Origin: Candidatus Marinacidobacterales bacterium
GTDB lineage: Bacteria > Acidobacteriota > Vicinamibacteria > Marinacidobacterales > SMYC01
Length of the DNA: 64,000 nucleotides
Assembly: GCA_965224085.1 (NCBI GenBank)
Contig: CBDCYI010000005.1
Location: 1,056,001-1,120,000, forward strand
Direction: 5' to 3'
Translations under genes and position numbers: made by a program
Shown here: positions 9,355 to 21,082 of the stretch, piece after piece
Position numbering within the stretch: position 1 is the first letter of the stretch
Layout of the letters: each line of letters opens with the position of its first letter
Notes under the pieces: model-generated
Databases searched by the model: none
Seen by the model: the letters and a program-made list of their open reading frames with translations, nothing else
Told to the model about the DNA's origin: nothing

Positions 9355-9504
9355 AGCGGTCCGGAACTTATCACAATCAGGTCGACCCACTCGAGGGTGT
9401 CCGTTGGCCTCGACAGAGGGGCCACCGGACGCTCCAACCAAACCGTTGCGCGCACAGAGCTTGCGTCTAGACGGCGAAGTTGCTATCAACTTAGAACGAC
9501 AAAC

Positions 9505-12500
9505 ATGAAGGAAAAAAAGGTCTCGGCCGCACTCGGAGCGCTTCGGGCGCTCGCCCAGGAGCGCATCCTCGTCATCGACGGCGCCATGGGGACGATGATC
9601 CAGAGCTACGGCCTCGACGAAGATGGGTATCGCGGCGAGAGATTTCGCGAACATCCGAAATCTCTCAAGGGCGCCAACGATCTCTTGTCGCTGACAAAGT
9701 CTGCGATCATCGAAGAGATCCACCACCGCTTTCTCGACGCGGGCGCGGACATCATCGAGACCAATAGCTTCAACGGCACGTCCGTCGCCATGGCCGATTA
9801 CGACCTCGAGCCTTACGTTTACGAGATCAACCGGCAAGCTGCGAGGATCGCCCGCCGCGCGGCGGACGCCGTTTCCGAGAAGACTCCCGATAAACCGCGT
9901 TTCGTCGCTGGGTCGATGGGGCCCACCAACCGCACCGCTTCGATCTCACCCGACGTGTCCAACCCGGCCTTTCGCGCGATCACGTTCGAGCAACTGAAAG
10001 AGGCGTATTACGAACAAGCGCGCGGGCTCGTCGATGGCGGGGTAGACCTTTTGCTTCCGGAGACGGCGTTCGACACGCTGAACATCAAAGCTGCCCTCGC
10101 CGGAATCCAGCAGGTGTTCGACGAGCGCGGCCTTCTGCTCCCGGTCATCGCCTCGGTCACCATCGTCGACGAGAGCGGACGAAACCTCTCGGGCCAGACG
10201 GCCGAAGCCTTCTGGATCTCGGTCTCGCACGCGCCGCTCTTGGCGGTGGGGATCAACTGCGCGCTCGGACCGTCCGCGATGCGCCCCTATGTCGAGGATC
10301 TCGCCACGGTCTCCGATCGTTTCGTCGCCTGCGTTCCGAATGCCGGCCTTCCCAACGCCTTCGGAGGCTACGATGAGAGTCCCGAGCAAATGGCGGCGAC
10401 GCTCTCGGAGTTCGCGAGCGAAGGCTGGCTCAACTTCGCCGGCGGCTGTTGCGGCACTACCCCGGAGCACATCGCCGCGATCGCCGAAGGCGTCGCGCGA
10501 TACGGGCCGCATGCACGCTCGGAGCGATCGAGCTTTACCCAACTATCTGGCTTCGAGCCGTTGACCATCCGGCCCGATTCGAATTTCATCCTCATAGGCG
10601 AAAGAACCAACGTCACCGGCTCACGGAAATTTGCCCGCCTCGTCAAGAGCGGCGCGCTCGAAGAAGCTCTCGAGGTCGCCCGCCATCAAGTCGAAGGCGG
10701 CGCCAACATCCTCGACGTCAACATGGACGAGGGGCTTCTCGACTCCGAAAAAGAGATGACGACGTTTCTCAACCTCATCGCCTCGGAGCCCGATATCGCG
10801 CGCCTGCCTATCATGGTGGACAGCTCCAAGTTCTCGGTAATCGAGGCCGGACTCCGCTGCCTCCAAGGGAAAGGGATCGTCAACTCGCTGAGCCTCAAAG
10901 AAGGCGAGGAGGTCTTTACGGAGCAGGCGCGGACCGTTCGTCGATACGGCGCGGCGGTCGTCGTGATGGCGTTCGACGAACAAGGGCAAGCGACGGAGAC
11001 GGACCGTAAGGTTGCGATTTGCGAGCGCGCCTATCGCATCCTGACCGAAGAGGTCGGTTTTCTGCCGCAAGACATCGTGTTCGACCCCAACGTCCTCACC
11101 GTCGCGACCGGGATGGAGGAGCACAACGACTACGCGCTCGCCTTCATAGAGTCCGCGAGCAAGATCCACGAAAAATGCCCCGGAGCCAAGGTTTCGGGAG
11201 GCATCAGCAATCTTTCGTTCTCGTTTCGCGGCAACGACTTCGTGCGCGAAGCGATGAACTCCACGTTTCTCTACCACGCGATCCGCGCCGGTCTCGATAT
11301 GGGTATCGTCAACGCGGGACAGCTCGCCGTCTATGACGAGATCAAGCCAGAGTTTCGAGAGCTCATCGAAGACGTGCTCTTCAACCGCCATCCGGACGCT
11401 ACCGAGAAGCTCATCACCTTCGCTCAAGACCATGCGGGCCCGGGCAAGAAAAAGGAAAAAGACGAGTCGTGGCGCGACGGCGCGATCGAAGAGCGGCTGA
11501 GGCATGCGCTCGTCCGCGGGATCGTGGACCACATCGAAGACGACGCCGAGGAGGCACGTCAAAAATACGACCGTCCTTTGAAGGTCATCGAAGGCCCCTT
11601 GATGGACGGCATGAACGTGGTCGGAGATCTGTTCGGCGCGGGGAAGATGTTCTTGCCCCAAGTCGTGAAGAGCGCGCGGGTGATGAAAAAAGCTGTCGCT
11701 TATCTCGAGCCGTTCATGGAAGACGAAAAAAAGCGGTGGGGCCGGACGGACAGCAAAGCGAAGCTCGTCATGGCTACCGTAAAGGGCGACGTTCACGACA
11801 TCGGCAAGAATATCGTCGGCGTCGTGCTCGCGTGCAACGGCTACGAGATCATCGATCTCGGCGTCATGGTGCCCGCTGAGAAAATTCTCGACTGCGCAGA
11901 GAGGGAAAACGCCGATTTTATCGGGCTCTCGGGACTCATCACGCCGTCTCTCGACGAGATGGTGCACGTCGCCACGGAGCTCGAGCGGCGCGACCTCGAA
12001 GTCCCTCTCCTCATCGGTGGCGCCACCACGTCGCGCATGCACACTGCCGTAAAAATCGCGCCGCGTTACAGCCAGGACACGTTGCACGTGCTCGACGCAT
12101 CTCGGGCCGTGACCGCGGTGAGCGGTCTAGTGAGCAGCGACGGGCGTGCGGCGTTCATCGCCGATAATCGCCTCGAGCAGGAACGTCTCCGGAAAAGCTT
12201 CGAGCAACGCGACCAGAAGCTTCTCGCCTACGGGACGGTCCGCGATCGAAGGCCCGACCTCGCGTGGAATTCGGAGACGATCGCAAAGCCGGATTTTCTC
12301 GGCACCCGCGTCCTCGACCCCGTGCCGCTCGCGGACATCGTCGACTACATCGACTGGACGCCTTTTTTCAACGCCTGGGAGCTACGCGGAGTCTATCCGC
12401 ACATTCTCGATAAACCCGATGTCGGCGAAGCGGCCCGCGAGCTATTCGAGAATGCCCAGACGTTGCTCGGAGAGATTGTCGAGGGCGGCAAGCTCACGGC

Positions 12501-13185
12501 TCGCGCGGTCTACGGCTTCTTCCCGGCCAACCAGGACCGCGACGACATCATTGTTTATGAAGACGACTCGCGGAGCACCGAAAAAGCACGCCTGCACACG
12601 TTGAGGCAGCAGCAAGAAAAAAAGAGCAACAAACCCTATTTCGCCCTCGCGGATTTTCTCGCTCCGGTGGGCCATCCGGACTACCTAGGCGGATTCGTTG
12701 TGACCGCGGGCGTCGGCTCGGACACGCTTTCGAAGCAATACGAGAGCGACAACGACGACTACCACGTTATCATGGTCAAAGCCCTCGCCGACCGCCTCGC
12801 CGAAGCGCTCGCCGAGAAAATTCACGAACAGGCGCGGCAGGATTGTGGATTCGGTCGCGACGAAAACCTCACGAAACAGGAACTGGTCCGCGAGCGCTAT
12901 CGCGGCATCCGTCCCGCACCCGGCTATCCCGCATCGCCCGATCACAGCGAAAAAGGGCTGTTGTTCGAGCTCCTCTGCGCCGCGAGCGCAACCGGCGTGA
13001 GCTTGACCGAGACCTATGCGATGCTCCCGGCGTCCTCGGTGAGCGGTCTCTACTTCAATCATCCCGAAGCCCACTATTTCAGCGTCGGCAAAATCGGACG
13101 CGACCAAGTCGAGGACTACGCCCGGCGCAAAGGTGAGACAGTGGACGCCGTTGAGCGCTGGATAGGCGGAAACCTCGGGTACTAG
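9505..13185 (+). CDS. metH: Cobalamin-dependent methionine synthase
   Basis: [38 protein letters not shown] (B12-binding), GIRPAPGYP; all four domains present. Confidence 0.98.
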   Translation: MKEKKVSAALGALRALAQERILVIDGAMGTMIQSYGLDEDGYRGERFREHPKSLKGANDLLSLTKSAIIEEIHHRFLDAGADIIETNSFNGTSVAMADYDLEPYVYEINRQAARIARRAADAVSEKTPDKPRFVAGSMGPTNRTASISPDVSNPAFRAITFEQLKEAYYEQARGLVDGGVDLLLPETAFDTLNIKAALAGIQQVFDERGLLLPVIASVTIVDESGRNLSGQTAEAFWISVSHAPLLAVGINCALGPSAMRPYVEDLATVSDRFVACVPNAGLPNAFGGYDESPEQMAATLSEFASEGWLNFAGGCCGTTPEHIAAIAEGVARYGPHARSERSSFTQLSGFEPLTIRPDSNFILIGERTNVTGSRKFARLVKSGALEEALEVARHQVEGGANILDVNMDEGLLDSEKEMTTFLNLIASEPDIARLPIMVDSSKFSVIEAGLRCLQGKGIVNSLSLKEGEEVFTEQARTVRRYGAAVVVMAFDEQGQATETDRKVAICERAYRILTEEVGFLPQDIVFDPNVLTVATGMEEHNDYALAFIESASKIHEKCPGAKVSGGISNLSFSFRGNDFVREAMNSTFLYHAIRAGLDMGIVNAGQLAVYDEIKPEFRELIEDVLFNRHPDATEKLITFAQDHAGPGKKKEKDESWRDGAIEERLRHALVRGIVDHIEDDAEEARQKYDRPLKVIEGPLMDGMNVVGDLFGAGKMFLPQVVKSARVMKKAVAYLEPFMEDEKKRWGRTDSKAKLVMATVKGDVHDIGKNIVGVVLACNGYEIIDLGVMVPAEKILDCAERENADFIGLSGLITPSLDEMVHVATELERRDLEVPLLIGGATTSRMHTAVKIAPRYSQDTLHVLDASRAVTAVSGLVSSDGRAAFIADNRLEQERLRKSFEQRDQKLLAYGTVRDRRPDLAWNSETIAKPDFLGTRVLDPVPLADIVDYIDWTPFFNAWELRGVYPHILDKPDVGEAARELFENAQTLLGEIVEGGKLTARAVYGFFPANQDRDDIIVYEDDSRSTEKARLHTLRQQQEKKSNKPYFALADFLAPVGHPDYLGGFVVTAGVGSDTLSKQYESDNDDYHVIMVKALADRLAEALAEKIHEQARQDCGFGRDENLTKQELVRERYRGIRPAPGYPASPDHSEKGLLFELLCAASATGVSLTETYAMLPASSVSGLYFNHPEAHYFSVGKIGRDQVEDYARRKGETVDAVERWIGGNLGY

Positions 13186-14252
13186 TGGACTGTAACAGCT
13201 GAACGTTTAGTAGTTTTGATGCGCCGTGACGGATCGTTGTAGGTCCACTTCACGGGCTTAGGGTCTTTGTTGTACTTGCGAATGTAGCGCATGATCTTGC
13301 GGGTTAGGTCTTTGGTGGAGGTGAACACTCCTCGATGGATCAGGTCGCGCTCGATCTTGGAGAACCAGAGCTCGACTTTGTTCAGCCAGGAGGAGTAGGT
13401 GGGTGTGAAGTGCAATTGGAGTTTCGGATTGGCCTGGAGGAACTCGGTGACCTTGGCAGTTTTGTGGGCCGAGAGATTGTCGAGGATGACGTGAATTTCA
13501 CGCTTTCGCTTGTGGCTCGCAACCAGCTGCTCCAAGAAGGCGACAAACTCCTGGCTGGTATGTCGGCGGACGGTCTTGCCAAAAACTTCCCCCGTCTTCG
13601 TGTCAAAGGCGGCGTAGAGAGAAAGCGTTCCATTCCGGACGTACTCGAAACCGTGTCTTTCGGCCCGCCCGGGAGACAACGGCAAGATCGGGTCCCGTCG
13701 ATCCAGGGCTTGGATCGCCGTTTTCTCGTCAATACAAAACACCGCAGCGTGCTGAGGCGGATTCATATAGAGACCGATGACATCCGCTGCCTTCTTCTCG
13801 AAATCCGGGTCGTTGGACGCTTTGTAATATTCAATTCGGTGTGGCTGTAGACCGTGTTTTTTCCAAGTACGAGCCACCATCATGTGATGGATTCCCAGTT
13901 TCTTCGCAAGTCGGCGCGTGCTCCAGTGAGTCGAGCCGTCGGTCGGGCTCTTTTGAGTCCACGAAAGAATCCGTGCTTCCATCCGAGGCGTGAGCACCTG
14001 AACCGGACGTCCCTCGTGACGCGAGTACAGACCTGCCAGCCGCTCCTCCAAGAATCGGCGCTTCCACTTGCTGACAAAAGGCGCCGTGCAGCCTACCCAC
14101 TGCTGCACCTGCGTGTAGCTCGCACCTTCGTCCAACAAGAGCAACACGCGAGCAATCCGCGCGTCGTCAGCACGACCGCTACGGCTCGAAACTCGTTTGC
14201 CAAGTTCCCTACGTTCCGCTCGAGTCAAAACAACGCTGGTCCTCTCTTGCAT
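13182..14252 (-). CDS. IS630-family transposase
   Basis: [47 protein letters not shown] (DDE triad). Confidence 0.95.
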   Translation of the reverse strand: MQERTSVVLTRAERRELGKRVSSRSGRADDARIARVLLLLDEGASYTQVQQWVGCTAPFVSKWKRRFLEERLAGLYSRHEGRPVQVLTPRMEARILSWTQKSPTDGSTHWSTRRLAKKLGIHHMMVARTWKKHGLQPHRIEYYKASNDPDFEKKAADVIGLYMNPPQHAAVFCIDEKTAIQALDRRDPILPLSPGRAERHGFEYVRNGTLSLYAAFDTKTGEVFGKTVRRHTSQEFVAFLEQLVASHKRKREIHVILDNLSAHKTAKVTEFLQANPKLQLHFTPTYSSWLNKVELWFSKIERDLIHRGVFTSTKDLTRKIMRYIRKYNKDPKPVKWTYNDPSRRIKTTKRSAVTVH

Positions 14253-14296
14253 GAGAGAAGTATATCACTAAATGCTTATTTGTTACAGTCCACTAG
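13182..14296 (-). mobile_element. IS630-family insertion sequence
   Basis: Perfect 16-bp inverted ends CTAGTGGACTGTAACA (13182-13197) / TGTTACAGTCCACTAG (14281-14296), including the CTAG target. Confidence 0.95.
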
Positions 14297-14457
14297 TCCC
14301 CTGGAACAGAGGTTCGTGGCCTAAAGCTCAAGGCCATTTTGTGGGCTGGCAAGGCGTGACGACGAAGTCATATTGGGATATTTCGAGGAGAAACAACGCA
14401 GCCAGCGCGCAAAAGGGCCCGAGATTTAGGTTACGAATCTCTGTTCCAGGGGACTAG
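14293..14457. mobile_element. 165-bp MITE with IS630-like ends
   Basis: Perfect 19-bp inverted ends CTAGTCCCCTGGAACAGAG (14293-14311) / CTCTGTTCCAGGGGACTAG (14439-14457); no credible ORF. Confidence 0.85.
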
Positions 14458-14517
14458 GTTCCGCGATTCGGGTTGCTACCGGCTTCGGCTATCCGCTTCC
14501 TCGTCTCGATCTGAAGG

Positions 14518-15228
14518 CTACAGAACTACGCAGCGCCGGAGCATCAAATCGTTGTAGCGCTTGCCGACGACTTCGACGATGAGGTGTACCGGCTGCCAAT
14601 CACGCAACGGTTGCTCGGACGGCAAGACGAGGCTGCATTCCACGAAAGAGAGCTCGTAGTCGATCGCGAGGAGGAGCGGTTCGTGGACGTACGGGTCTTG
14701 GTCGATGAGCTTGAACCCGTTCGCGAAGTCTCTCATGTTGGCCGGGGCGACAGTCCCTTCGAGAAGCACGAGCTTGCCTTTGTACTTGGCGTCTACCAGA
14801 GCGGTGACATTCGGGAACAAGTACTCGGCGTAGAGCACCTCGACGTCCCGATACGGGAGCTCGCCGTCTCGCGCAAGAACGGTTGCGCGCTCTCGGATGC
14901 GAGCTGCGGCGTGCGGGTCGGAACGTTGTTCGAATGCCTTCACGAGAACATCTAACTCGCGCTGCGCCGCCTGGAAAGCCTCGGGGCCGAGCGCCTTGGC
15001 GCGGGCGGCGGCGCCCGCGGCCTCCGCCTCATCCAGAAGCGGCGCTATCTGCGGCGGGAGACCGGGCGTATCTGGTGACGGCCTTTGCGTGAACCCCTGT
15101 TTCAGGGGCCGACTCTCAGTAACATCTGGAGTGGGCTCCCGCGGCGAGGGCAGCGACGGCTCCGGGGCCTGGCAGCCACCAATGCCACCAATTAAAGCCA
15201 CGAGCACGAAGAGCCAACGCGTCACCAT
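14518..15228 (-). CDS. Putative lipoprotein with C-terminal OB-fold (tRNA_anti-like) region
   Basis: Signal ending IGGC, Pro-rich linker, DAKYKGKLVLLEGTV and terminal LRRC pattern. Confidence 0.55.
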   Translation of the reverse strand: MVTRWLFVLVALIGGIGGCQAPEPSLPSPREPTPDVTESRPLKQGFTQRPSPDTPGLPPQIAPLLDEAEAAGAAARAKALGPEAFQAAQRELDVLVKAFEQRSDPHAAARIRERATVLARDGELPYRDVEVLYAEYLFPNVTALVDAKYKGKLVLLEGTVAPANMRDFANGFKLIDQDPYVHEPLLLAIDYELSFVECSLVLPSEQPLRDWQPVHLIVEVVGKRYNDLMLRRCVVL

Positions 15229-15408
15229 CTTGTCGCGAGGCTAACACAGCGCACCAAGCCGCACCAAAATCTTGCTGTTCATACTCACCGAGAGTGCCCA
15301 GCCCGCCACGAGCTTCGCACGAAAGACGACGTGACACCATCGTCGCATGCAGGAGCTCGAGCGCCGCGTCAGTAGCGACAAAACGATAGAAACAGTTAAC
15401 CTTGTCTA

Positions 15409-15831
15409 GTGAAGAAACTCCTGTGGTTGTTCATTCTCTTCGCCGCCGCAACCGCTGTGCGGGAAGCGGCCGAGTATTTTGGGCCGATGGCCGCGGCGTT
15501 TCGGGCTTATCGGCACGAGGCACACGCCCACGCGCTCGAGCGCGGCAAGAAAAAGTCTTTTCGCGACATCGAGGGTAACATTGTCGGCGTCAGCCATAAG
15601 CTCGAATCGTCAGAGCGATCCGCTGAGGACAGAGTGAGGCTCGTCGTGCTCGAGGCGGTTCATTTCCAGAAGAGCAGCGAAATGGGGATGTTCGGCAACC
15701 GCCGTGTCGCCCAAACCCGGCAATACGTGCTCATGACCCGCATCGATGGCGCGTGGCTGATCTCTCAGCTCGAGGAAGACGCGACCGAGGTCGTCGAGCT
15801 CGCGGAGGTGGCCGAGAGCCTGCTCGAGTAA
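15409..15831 (+). CDS. Hypothetical exported protein
   Basis: GTG start, MKKLLWLFILFAAA signal/anchor, host-like codon usage. Confidence 0.65.
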   Translation: MKKLLWLFILFAAATAVREAAEYFGPMAAAFRAYRHEAHAHALERGKKKSFRDIEGNIVGVSHKLESSERSAEDRVRLVVLEAVHFQKSSEMGMFGNRRVAQTRQYVLMTRIDGAWLISQLEEDATEVVELAEVAESLLE

Positions 15832-15896
15832 GCGCGACGAGGCTTTGCCGACGCCTGGTGTGCTATTCTTCGCGCGCGAACTTGTTGGAGCAAAGA

Positions 15897-16319
15897 ATGA
15901 AGCGACTCTTCTGTTTCTTATCCGTTTTTGCCGTCATCGTTGCCGTGGCGCAAGGGCTCATGGCCCAGGACGGGCCAACTTCGGTGCAGGCCGGCGTCTA
16001 TACCGACGCCCAGGCCGAACGCGGCGAGAAGTTTTTCGGCGAAGCGTGCATGGTGTGTCACCAGCCCGAGGAGTTCAGCGACCGCGGTTACATGGAGGGC
16101 TGGTCCGGTCAATCCGTCAATGACTTCGTGGAGTTCGTGCGCTCGACCATGCCCGAGGACAATCCCGGCCGGCTCAAACGTCGAGAATATATCGACATCA
16201 TCGCCTACTTTTTCAAATTGAACGGACTCCCTACGGGAGAGAACGATTTGGAGCGCCAATCGCTTCGGGGCATTCAGATCGAAGGTCCCTACGGCGACGC
16301 GAGCGAAGACCGACAGTAG
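15897..16319 (+). CDS. Periplasmic monoheme cytochrome c
   Basis: Signal peptide, [24 protein letters not shown] (axial Met). Confidence 0.88.
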   Translation: MKRLFCFLSVFAVIVAVAQGLMAQDGPTSVQAGVYTDAQAERGEKFFGEACMVCHQPEEFSDRGYMEGWSGQSVNDFVEFVRSTMPEDNPGRLKRREYIDIIAYFFKLNGLPTGENDLERQSLRGIQIEGPYGDASEDRQ

Positions 16320-16369
16320 CGTTTCTTCCGGCGATCGCCCGGACCGGCGCCGACACGACAAGGACCGCG

Positions 16370-17254
16370 ATGATTACCAAAGGCATCATCCTCGCCGGAG
16401 GCTCGGGGAGCCGTCTCTATCCCATGACGACGGTGGTCAGCAAACAGCTCCTCGCCGTCTACGACAAGCCCATGATCTATTTCCCGCTGAGCACACTGAT
16501 GCTCGCCGGGATTCGGGACTTCCTCGTCATCACGACCCCGCACGATCAGACTCTGTTCGAGAACTTGCTGGCAGACGGAAGCCAGCTAGGCATCCAGATC
16601 CGTTATGCCGTACAGCCGACGCCCGCAGGTTTGGCCCAAGCCTTCGTCATCGGCGCCGACTTCATCGACGGCCAAAGCGCCGCACTCATCCTCGGAGACA
16701 ACCTTTTTTACGGTCACGAGCTCACGCAGCACTTGCGCTTCGCGGCGGAGCGTGGCTCAGGGGCGACCGTCTTCGCCTATTGGGTTCGCGACCCGGAGCG
16801 CTACGGTGTCGTCACGTTCGATGCGGACGGCCAAGCCTTGAGCCTCGAAGAAAAACCCAAGAATCCCACGTCGAACTACGCCGTCACCGGTCTCTATTTC
16901 TACGACGAACGCGTGGTGGATTTTGCTTCGGGGCTGAAACCATCCGCGCGCGGGGAGCTCGAGATCACGGATTTGAATCAGCTTTATCTAGACGAAGGCG
17001 AGCTACATGTCGAGACTCTCGGCCGCGGTTACGCATGGCTCGATACCGGAACGAAGGAATCGCTCCTCCAGGCCGCAACGTTCATCGAGTCCATCGAACA
17101 GCGCCAGGGGCTCAAGATTTGTTGCCCAGAAGAAATCGCCTATCGCATGGGATTTATCGACGCCCAGGCGCTCCGTGAGCTCGGCGAGGCCCACGCCGAA
17201 AGCGAGTACGGACAATATCTCATCTCCGTTGTCGAACAGGACAGCTCGCGGTGA
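16370..17254 (+). CDS. rmlA: Glucose-1-phosphate thymidylyltransferase
   Basis: [47 protein letters not shown]. Confidence 0.97.
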   Translation: MITKGIILAGGSGSRLYPMTTVVSKQLLAVYDKPMIYFPLSTLMLAGIRDFLVITTPHDQTLFENLLADGSQLGIQIRYAVQPTPAGLAQAFVIGADFIDGQSAALILGDNLFYGHELTQHLRFAAERGSGATVFAYWVRDPERYGVVTFDADGQALSLEEKPKNPTSNYAVTGLYFYDERVVDFASGLKPSARGELEITDLNQLYLDEGELHVETLGRGYAWLDTGTKESLLQAATFIESIEQRQGLKICCPEEIAYRMGFIDAQALRELGEAHAESEYGQYLISVVEQDSSR

Positions 17255-17808
17255 AGGTCACGACGACGGCCCTACCAGAGGTTTTGCTCTTCGAGCCCAT
17301 ACGGTACGAGGACGCACGCGGGTTCTTCCTCGAGACATTTCGAGAAGGCCGATACCGCGACGCCGGTGTCGACGCGCGCTTCGTTCAGGACAATCTTTCC
17401 CACTCGAGGAAGCACGTGCTGCGTGGGCTGCACTTCCAAAGGCGCCAGGGAAAGCTCATCAGCGTCGTCCGGGGGGAGGTCTTCGATGTCGCGGTGGACA
17501 TTCGCCCCGACTCGGAGCGCTTCGGCCAATGGAACGGAAGCCAACTGAGCGCGAGCAACCATCGGCAGCTCTACGTTCCGCCAGGGTTTGCGCACGGATT
17601 TTACGTTCTATCCGACGAAGCGGACGTTTGGTACAAGACGACCGACATCTATCGGCCGGAGGAAGAAGGCGGTATTCTCTGGAACGACATGCAGCTCGCG
17701 ATCGATTGGCCTACTTCAAAACCACTGTTGTCCGATCGCGACGGTGAGAATCCCCGGCTCGATGAGCTCGACCACGCGGCGCTCATCACTTGCGCCGAGC
17801 TTGCTTGA
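17251..17808 (+). CDS. rmlC: dTDP-4-dehydrorhamnose 3,5-epimerase
   Basis: [28 protein letters not shown]; GTGA overlap with rmlA. Confidence 0.95.
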   Translation: MKVTTTALPEVLLFEPIRYEDARGFFLETFREGRYRDAGVDARFVQDNLSHSRKHVLRGLHFQRRQGKLISVVRGEVFDVAVDIRPDSERFGQWNGSQLSASNHRQLYVPPGFAHGFYVLSDEADVWYKTTDIYRPEEEGGILWNDMQLAIDWPTSKPLLSDRDGENPRLDELDHAALITCAELA

Positions 17809-18017
17809 CGATCCGTCCGCGATGAACGCCGCGCGGATTCACCAAGATGCTCGTCAGGGGCCTCGTGGAGTTGAGTTTTTTGTTCGGGGGAAATGGCTAG
17901 TTGTCGTTGGGCACGAGCCGTTTTAGCTCTTCGGTGCAGTTGAGGACGACGTGATTTCAGTGTTCTTCAAAACCGCACATATGTGCGGCCACGTCACGCG
18001 AACGCTCGCGAACCCCC

Positions 18018-19544
18018 TTACTCCTCCACCCACCCGAGCGTTCGCTCAACGGCCTTCTCCCAGCCGCTATATAGACGCGCGCGCTCGTCATCCGCCATTT
18101 TCGGCGCCCACTCCTTGTCCACGGCCCAGTTATACCGAAGCTCGTCCTCGCTCTCCCAAAAACCCACAGCGAGCCCGGCGGCGTAGGCCGCCCCGAGCGA
18201 CGTCGTCTCGTTCACTTTGGGCCGCACGACCGGTACGTCGAGCATATCGGACTGAAACTGCATGAGGAACTCGTTCACGACCATGCCACCATCGACTTTG
18301 AGCGCAGTCAGCTCGACGTTCGAATCCTTGCGCATCGCGTCGAGGACATCTTTCGTTTGATAGGCCGTCGCCTCGAGGCTCGCGCGAGCGACGTGCTCCT
18401 TGCGGATGAATCGGGTCAGGCCCACCATGACACCGCGCGCATCGCTACGCCAATGCGGTGCGAAGAGGCCAGAAAAAGCCGGCACGAGATACATTCCGCC
18501 ATTGTCCTCCGCGTCCCGGGCGAGAGCCTCGACCTCGGGCGCGCTCGAGATGAGCTGAAGGTTATCGCGAAGCCACTGAACGAGAGCTCCCGCGATCGCG
18601 ACGGAGCCTTCGAGCGCGTAGACGGGCGCGTTGTCTCCTATCTGATACGCCACCGTGGTCAGGAGTCCCGAGCGCGACCCAACAATCTCCTCGCCCGTAT
18701 TCAGCAGCAAGAAACATCCCGTCCCGTAGGTATTCTTCGCCTCTCCGGGGGCGAAACAGGTCTGACCGTATAGCGCCGCTTGCTGATCCCCGAGGTCACC
18801 ACACACGGGCACCACTCCGCCAAACGGGCCATCGGTGCGCGTCGAACCATAGTGGCTCGGGTCTGAGGATGGCCGTATCTCCGGCAACATCGCTTCGGGG
18901 ATCTCCAGGATCGACAAGATCTCCGGATCCCAGTGCAGGGTCTCGAGGTTCATCAGCTGGGTGCGGCTCGCATTGGTGACATCGGTGACGTGCGCTCCGC
19001 CATCCGGACCACCCGTCAAGTTCCAGATGAGCCAAGTATCCATGTTGCCGAAAAGCACGTCGCCGCGCATTGCGGCCTCGCGTAGCCCATCGACCTCATC
19101 GAGCAGCCAGCGGATTTTGGGTCCCGAAAAATAGGTCGCCAGTGGCAGGCCGGTCTGCGCCCTGAACCGGTCTTGGCCTCCTTCCTCGGCAAGCTGACGG
19201 CAAAGCTTGCCCGTCCGCATGTCCTGCCACACGATGGCTGGGTGGCACGGCTTGCCGGTCTTCCGATCCCATACCACGGTGGTCTCGCGCTGGTTCGTGA
19301 TCCCCACCGCCGCCACGGTCTCCGGCGTTGCCCCCGCCTTCTCCAGGGCAAAGCGGACGACGTCTTGCGTTTTCCCCCAGATCTCGTCCGGATCGTGCTC
19401 CACCCAACCTGGCTCGGGATAAATCTGAGCGTGCTCGATTTGGTGGGAAGCAACCACTTCCCCGCTATGGTTCACGAGCAGGCACCGCGTGCTCGTCGTA
19501 CCCTGGTCCAGCGCCGCCACAACTTTTTCCACTTTATCCTCCAT
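18018..19544 (-). CDS. glpK: Glycerol kinase
   Basis: [47 protein letters not shown]. Confidence 0.97.
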   Translation of the reverse strand: MEDKVEKVVAALDQGTTSTRCLLVNHSGEVVASHQIEHAQIYPEPGWVEHDPDEIWGKTQDVVRFALEKAGATPETVAAVGITNQRETTVVWDRKTGKPCHPAIVWQDMRTGKLCRQLAEEGGQDRFRAQTGLPLATYFSGPKIRWLLDEVDGLREAAMRGDVLFGNMDTWLIWNLTGGPDGGAHVTDVTNASRTQLMNLETLHWDPEILSILEIPEAMLPEIRPSSDPSHYGSTRTDGPFGGVVPVCGDLGDQQAALYGQTCFAPGEAKNTYGTGCFLLLNTGEEIVGSRSGLLTTVAYQIGDNAPVYALEGSVAIAGALVQWLRDNLQLISSAPEVEALARDAEDNGGMYLVPAFSGLFAPHWRSDARGVMVGLTRFIRKEHVARASLEATAYQTKDVLDAMRKDSNVELTALKVDGGMVVNEFLMQFQSDMLDVPVVRPKVNETTSLGAAYAAGLAVGFWESEDELRYNWAVDKEWAPKMADDERARLYSGWEKAVERTLGWVEE

Positions 19545-19639
19545 AAAGCGTTATCTCACAATATTTTACCTAGATCAAGCCCTATGGCCACATACGAGCA
19601 GAAGCTAAAGTAAAATATTAGAATCTTGCATGAAAACCA

Positions 19640-19668
19640 TTGCAAAATAGCGATCTTTCGTGTATATT
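19640..19668 (+). promoter_or_regulatory. Putative sigma70 promoter
   Basis: TTGCAA-17 nt-TATATT upstream of the 19749 ORF. Confidence 0.55.
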
Positions 19669-19748
19669 CTTAGAACGAATGGGAGGGGTCGCACTTCACG
19701 CGGCTCAACCTTTCCCTAGAAGAACACCATCACACCAGGACGAGGTTC

Positions 19749-20858
19749 ATGAAGGGCCAGGACGGACCATCGAGATTCATTCTTCTAGCGTCGCTCCTGG
19801 CCCTCACTTTTTCCCCAACCGGGTGCAAGCTCGAGGACGCCCTACTTCCGACTGGCGATACGGGCGCCGATGCCGTCAGCGGGGGCAGCATCGTCGCCAA
19901 CGTCAACAGTGCTCTTGGCGTCACGGCGCCCATTATCGCGGATCCGCTCTCCGGGAGCACCGTTTCGAATCCGCAGCCTTCGCTCACCGTACTGAACTCC
20001 GCTCACGAAGGCGGGGCGGCCCCAACCTATCTTTACCAGGTCTCGACAGATTCGAACTTCGTGACGTTGATCGCGCAGTCGAACCAAATCGTCGAGAATG
20101 CGAGCGGCAGCACTACATGGACAGTGAACCGCGCCCTTCCCGATGGTACGTATTCCTGGCGCGTGCGAGCACGCTCGGGTGCCACGGACAGCGCGTTCTC
20201 GGTGACCGCTCAGTTCGACGTCAGCGGTGGTGGCGTCTCGAGCCCGGCGCCTTCGTCGCCCACCCCACCGCCTCCCGGACCGACACCGTCCGGCACTATC
20301 GTGGCGGACCCTCTGATCGGCGGAAGCACGGGCGAAGTTCACGGCGGAAGCTTCACCAATGGTGGCTGGCTCGTCAACGGGCCGGGGAACTTCATTCGCT
20401 ACGAGGTGCCTCCGATGGTCCGCGGTTGGGTCGAGTTCGAGACGAGCGGCCTCAGGCCCGAGAACCCCGAGCACAACCAGTTCATGCTCTTCGGAATGTG
20501 GGACCCCACGGCCGGACCGTTCCGGACGAATCCGTTCCGCGTCAATATACAAAAGCTCCACCCGAACCCGCACAACCCGCCCTATCTCCGGGTACGGTGG
20601 ATCGCGAACGGGGAACAGCACGACGACGGGACTGACTTTTTCGCCTGGGACGCGAGCCGGACTTATCGTTGGCGTCTCGAATGGGGGCCGGATGGCTCTT
20701 CAAATAGCGCCCGCCTGTTCCTCGACGGCGCATTGATGATCGAGATGGCCTATAGCCAGGCTTATCGCCCGAATGTTCACTTCATCGAACTCGGGATCGG
20801 CGAGCGCGGTGAATCCATTGTCGGCGTGAAGTATTCGAATTTAGTGATTGGAAACTGA
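19749..20858 (+). CDS. Hypothetical lipoprotein: Ig/Fn3-like domain, Pro-rich linker, beta-rich C-terminal domain
   Basis: Signal ending PTGC; YLYQVSTDSNF..GTYSWRVRA; PSSPTPPPPGPTP linker. Confidence 0.7.
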   Translation: MKGQDGPSRFILLASLLALTFSPTGCKLEDALLPTGDTGADAVSGGSIVANVNSALGVTAPIIADPLSGSTVSNPQPSLTVLNSAHEGGAAPTYLYQVSTDSNFVTLIAQSNQIVENASGSTTWTVNRALPDGTYSWRVRARSGATDSAFSVTAQFDVSGGGVSSPAPSSPTPPPPGPTPSGTIVADPLIGGSTGEVHGGSFTNGGWLVNGPGNFIRYEVPPMVRGWVEFETSGLRPENPEHNQFMLFGMWDPTAGPFRTNPFRVNIQKLHPNPHNPPYLRVRWIANGEQHDDGTDFFAWDASRTYRWRLEWGPDGSSNSARLFLDGALMIEMAYSQAYRPNVHFIELGIGERGESIVGVKYSNLVIGN

Positions 20859-20895
20859 GAGCCTCGGGACCGAGACGACCCCCTCGGCCCGAATA

Positions 20896-20941
20896 GCCTC
20901 CCCTGAAGTCTTGTCCTTCTCACCGAGACTTCAGGGGAGGC
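20896..20941. terminator. 16-bp perfect stem-loop downstream of the lipoprotein gene
   Basis: GCCTCCCCTGAAGTCT / AGACTTCAGGGGAGGC with 14-nt loop; no clear U tract. Confidence 0.5.
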
Positions 20942-21082
20942 CCCCTCCTGTACGCGCCGGTGCTGCCAGCTCCCAGCTTTTTTGCATTATCCCAAAAGCT
21001 CTCCGCGCCCCGCTCTCGCTAGGGCTTTCGACGGCTGATATACTGAAACACCGGCCGGGACTTCCGAGCGTCGGTTGTCATC

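Noticed and set aside
9355-9504. SAM or cobalamin riboswitch before metH
   Set aside because: Short divergent intergenic region with no recognisable aptamer motif; an Rfam scan would be needed to exclude it fully.
10621-12087. Long antisense or alternate-frame ORFs (also 22612-24099, 37983-40253, 42109-43416, 49871-51253, 52045-53415)
   Set aside because: They shadow well-supported genes, lack motifs, and are expected in GC-rich DNA.
17809-17990. Possible phosphatase-like remnant (minus strand HVVLNCTEE) and palindrome CCGCACATATGTGCGG
   Set aside because: Similarity too short and broken to support a call.
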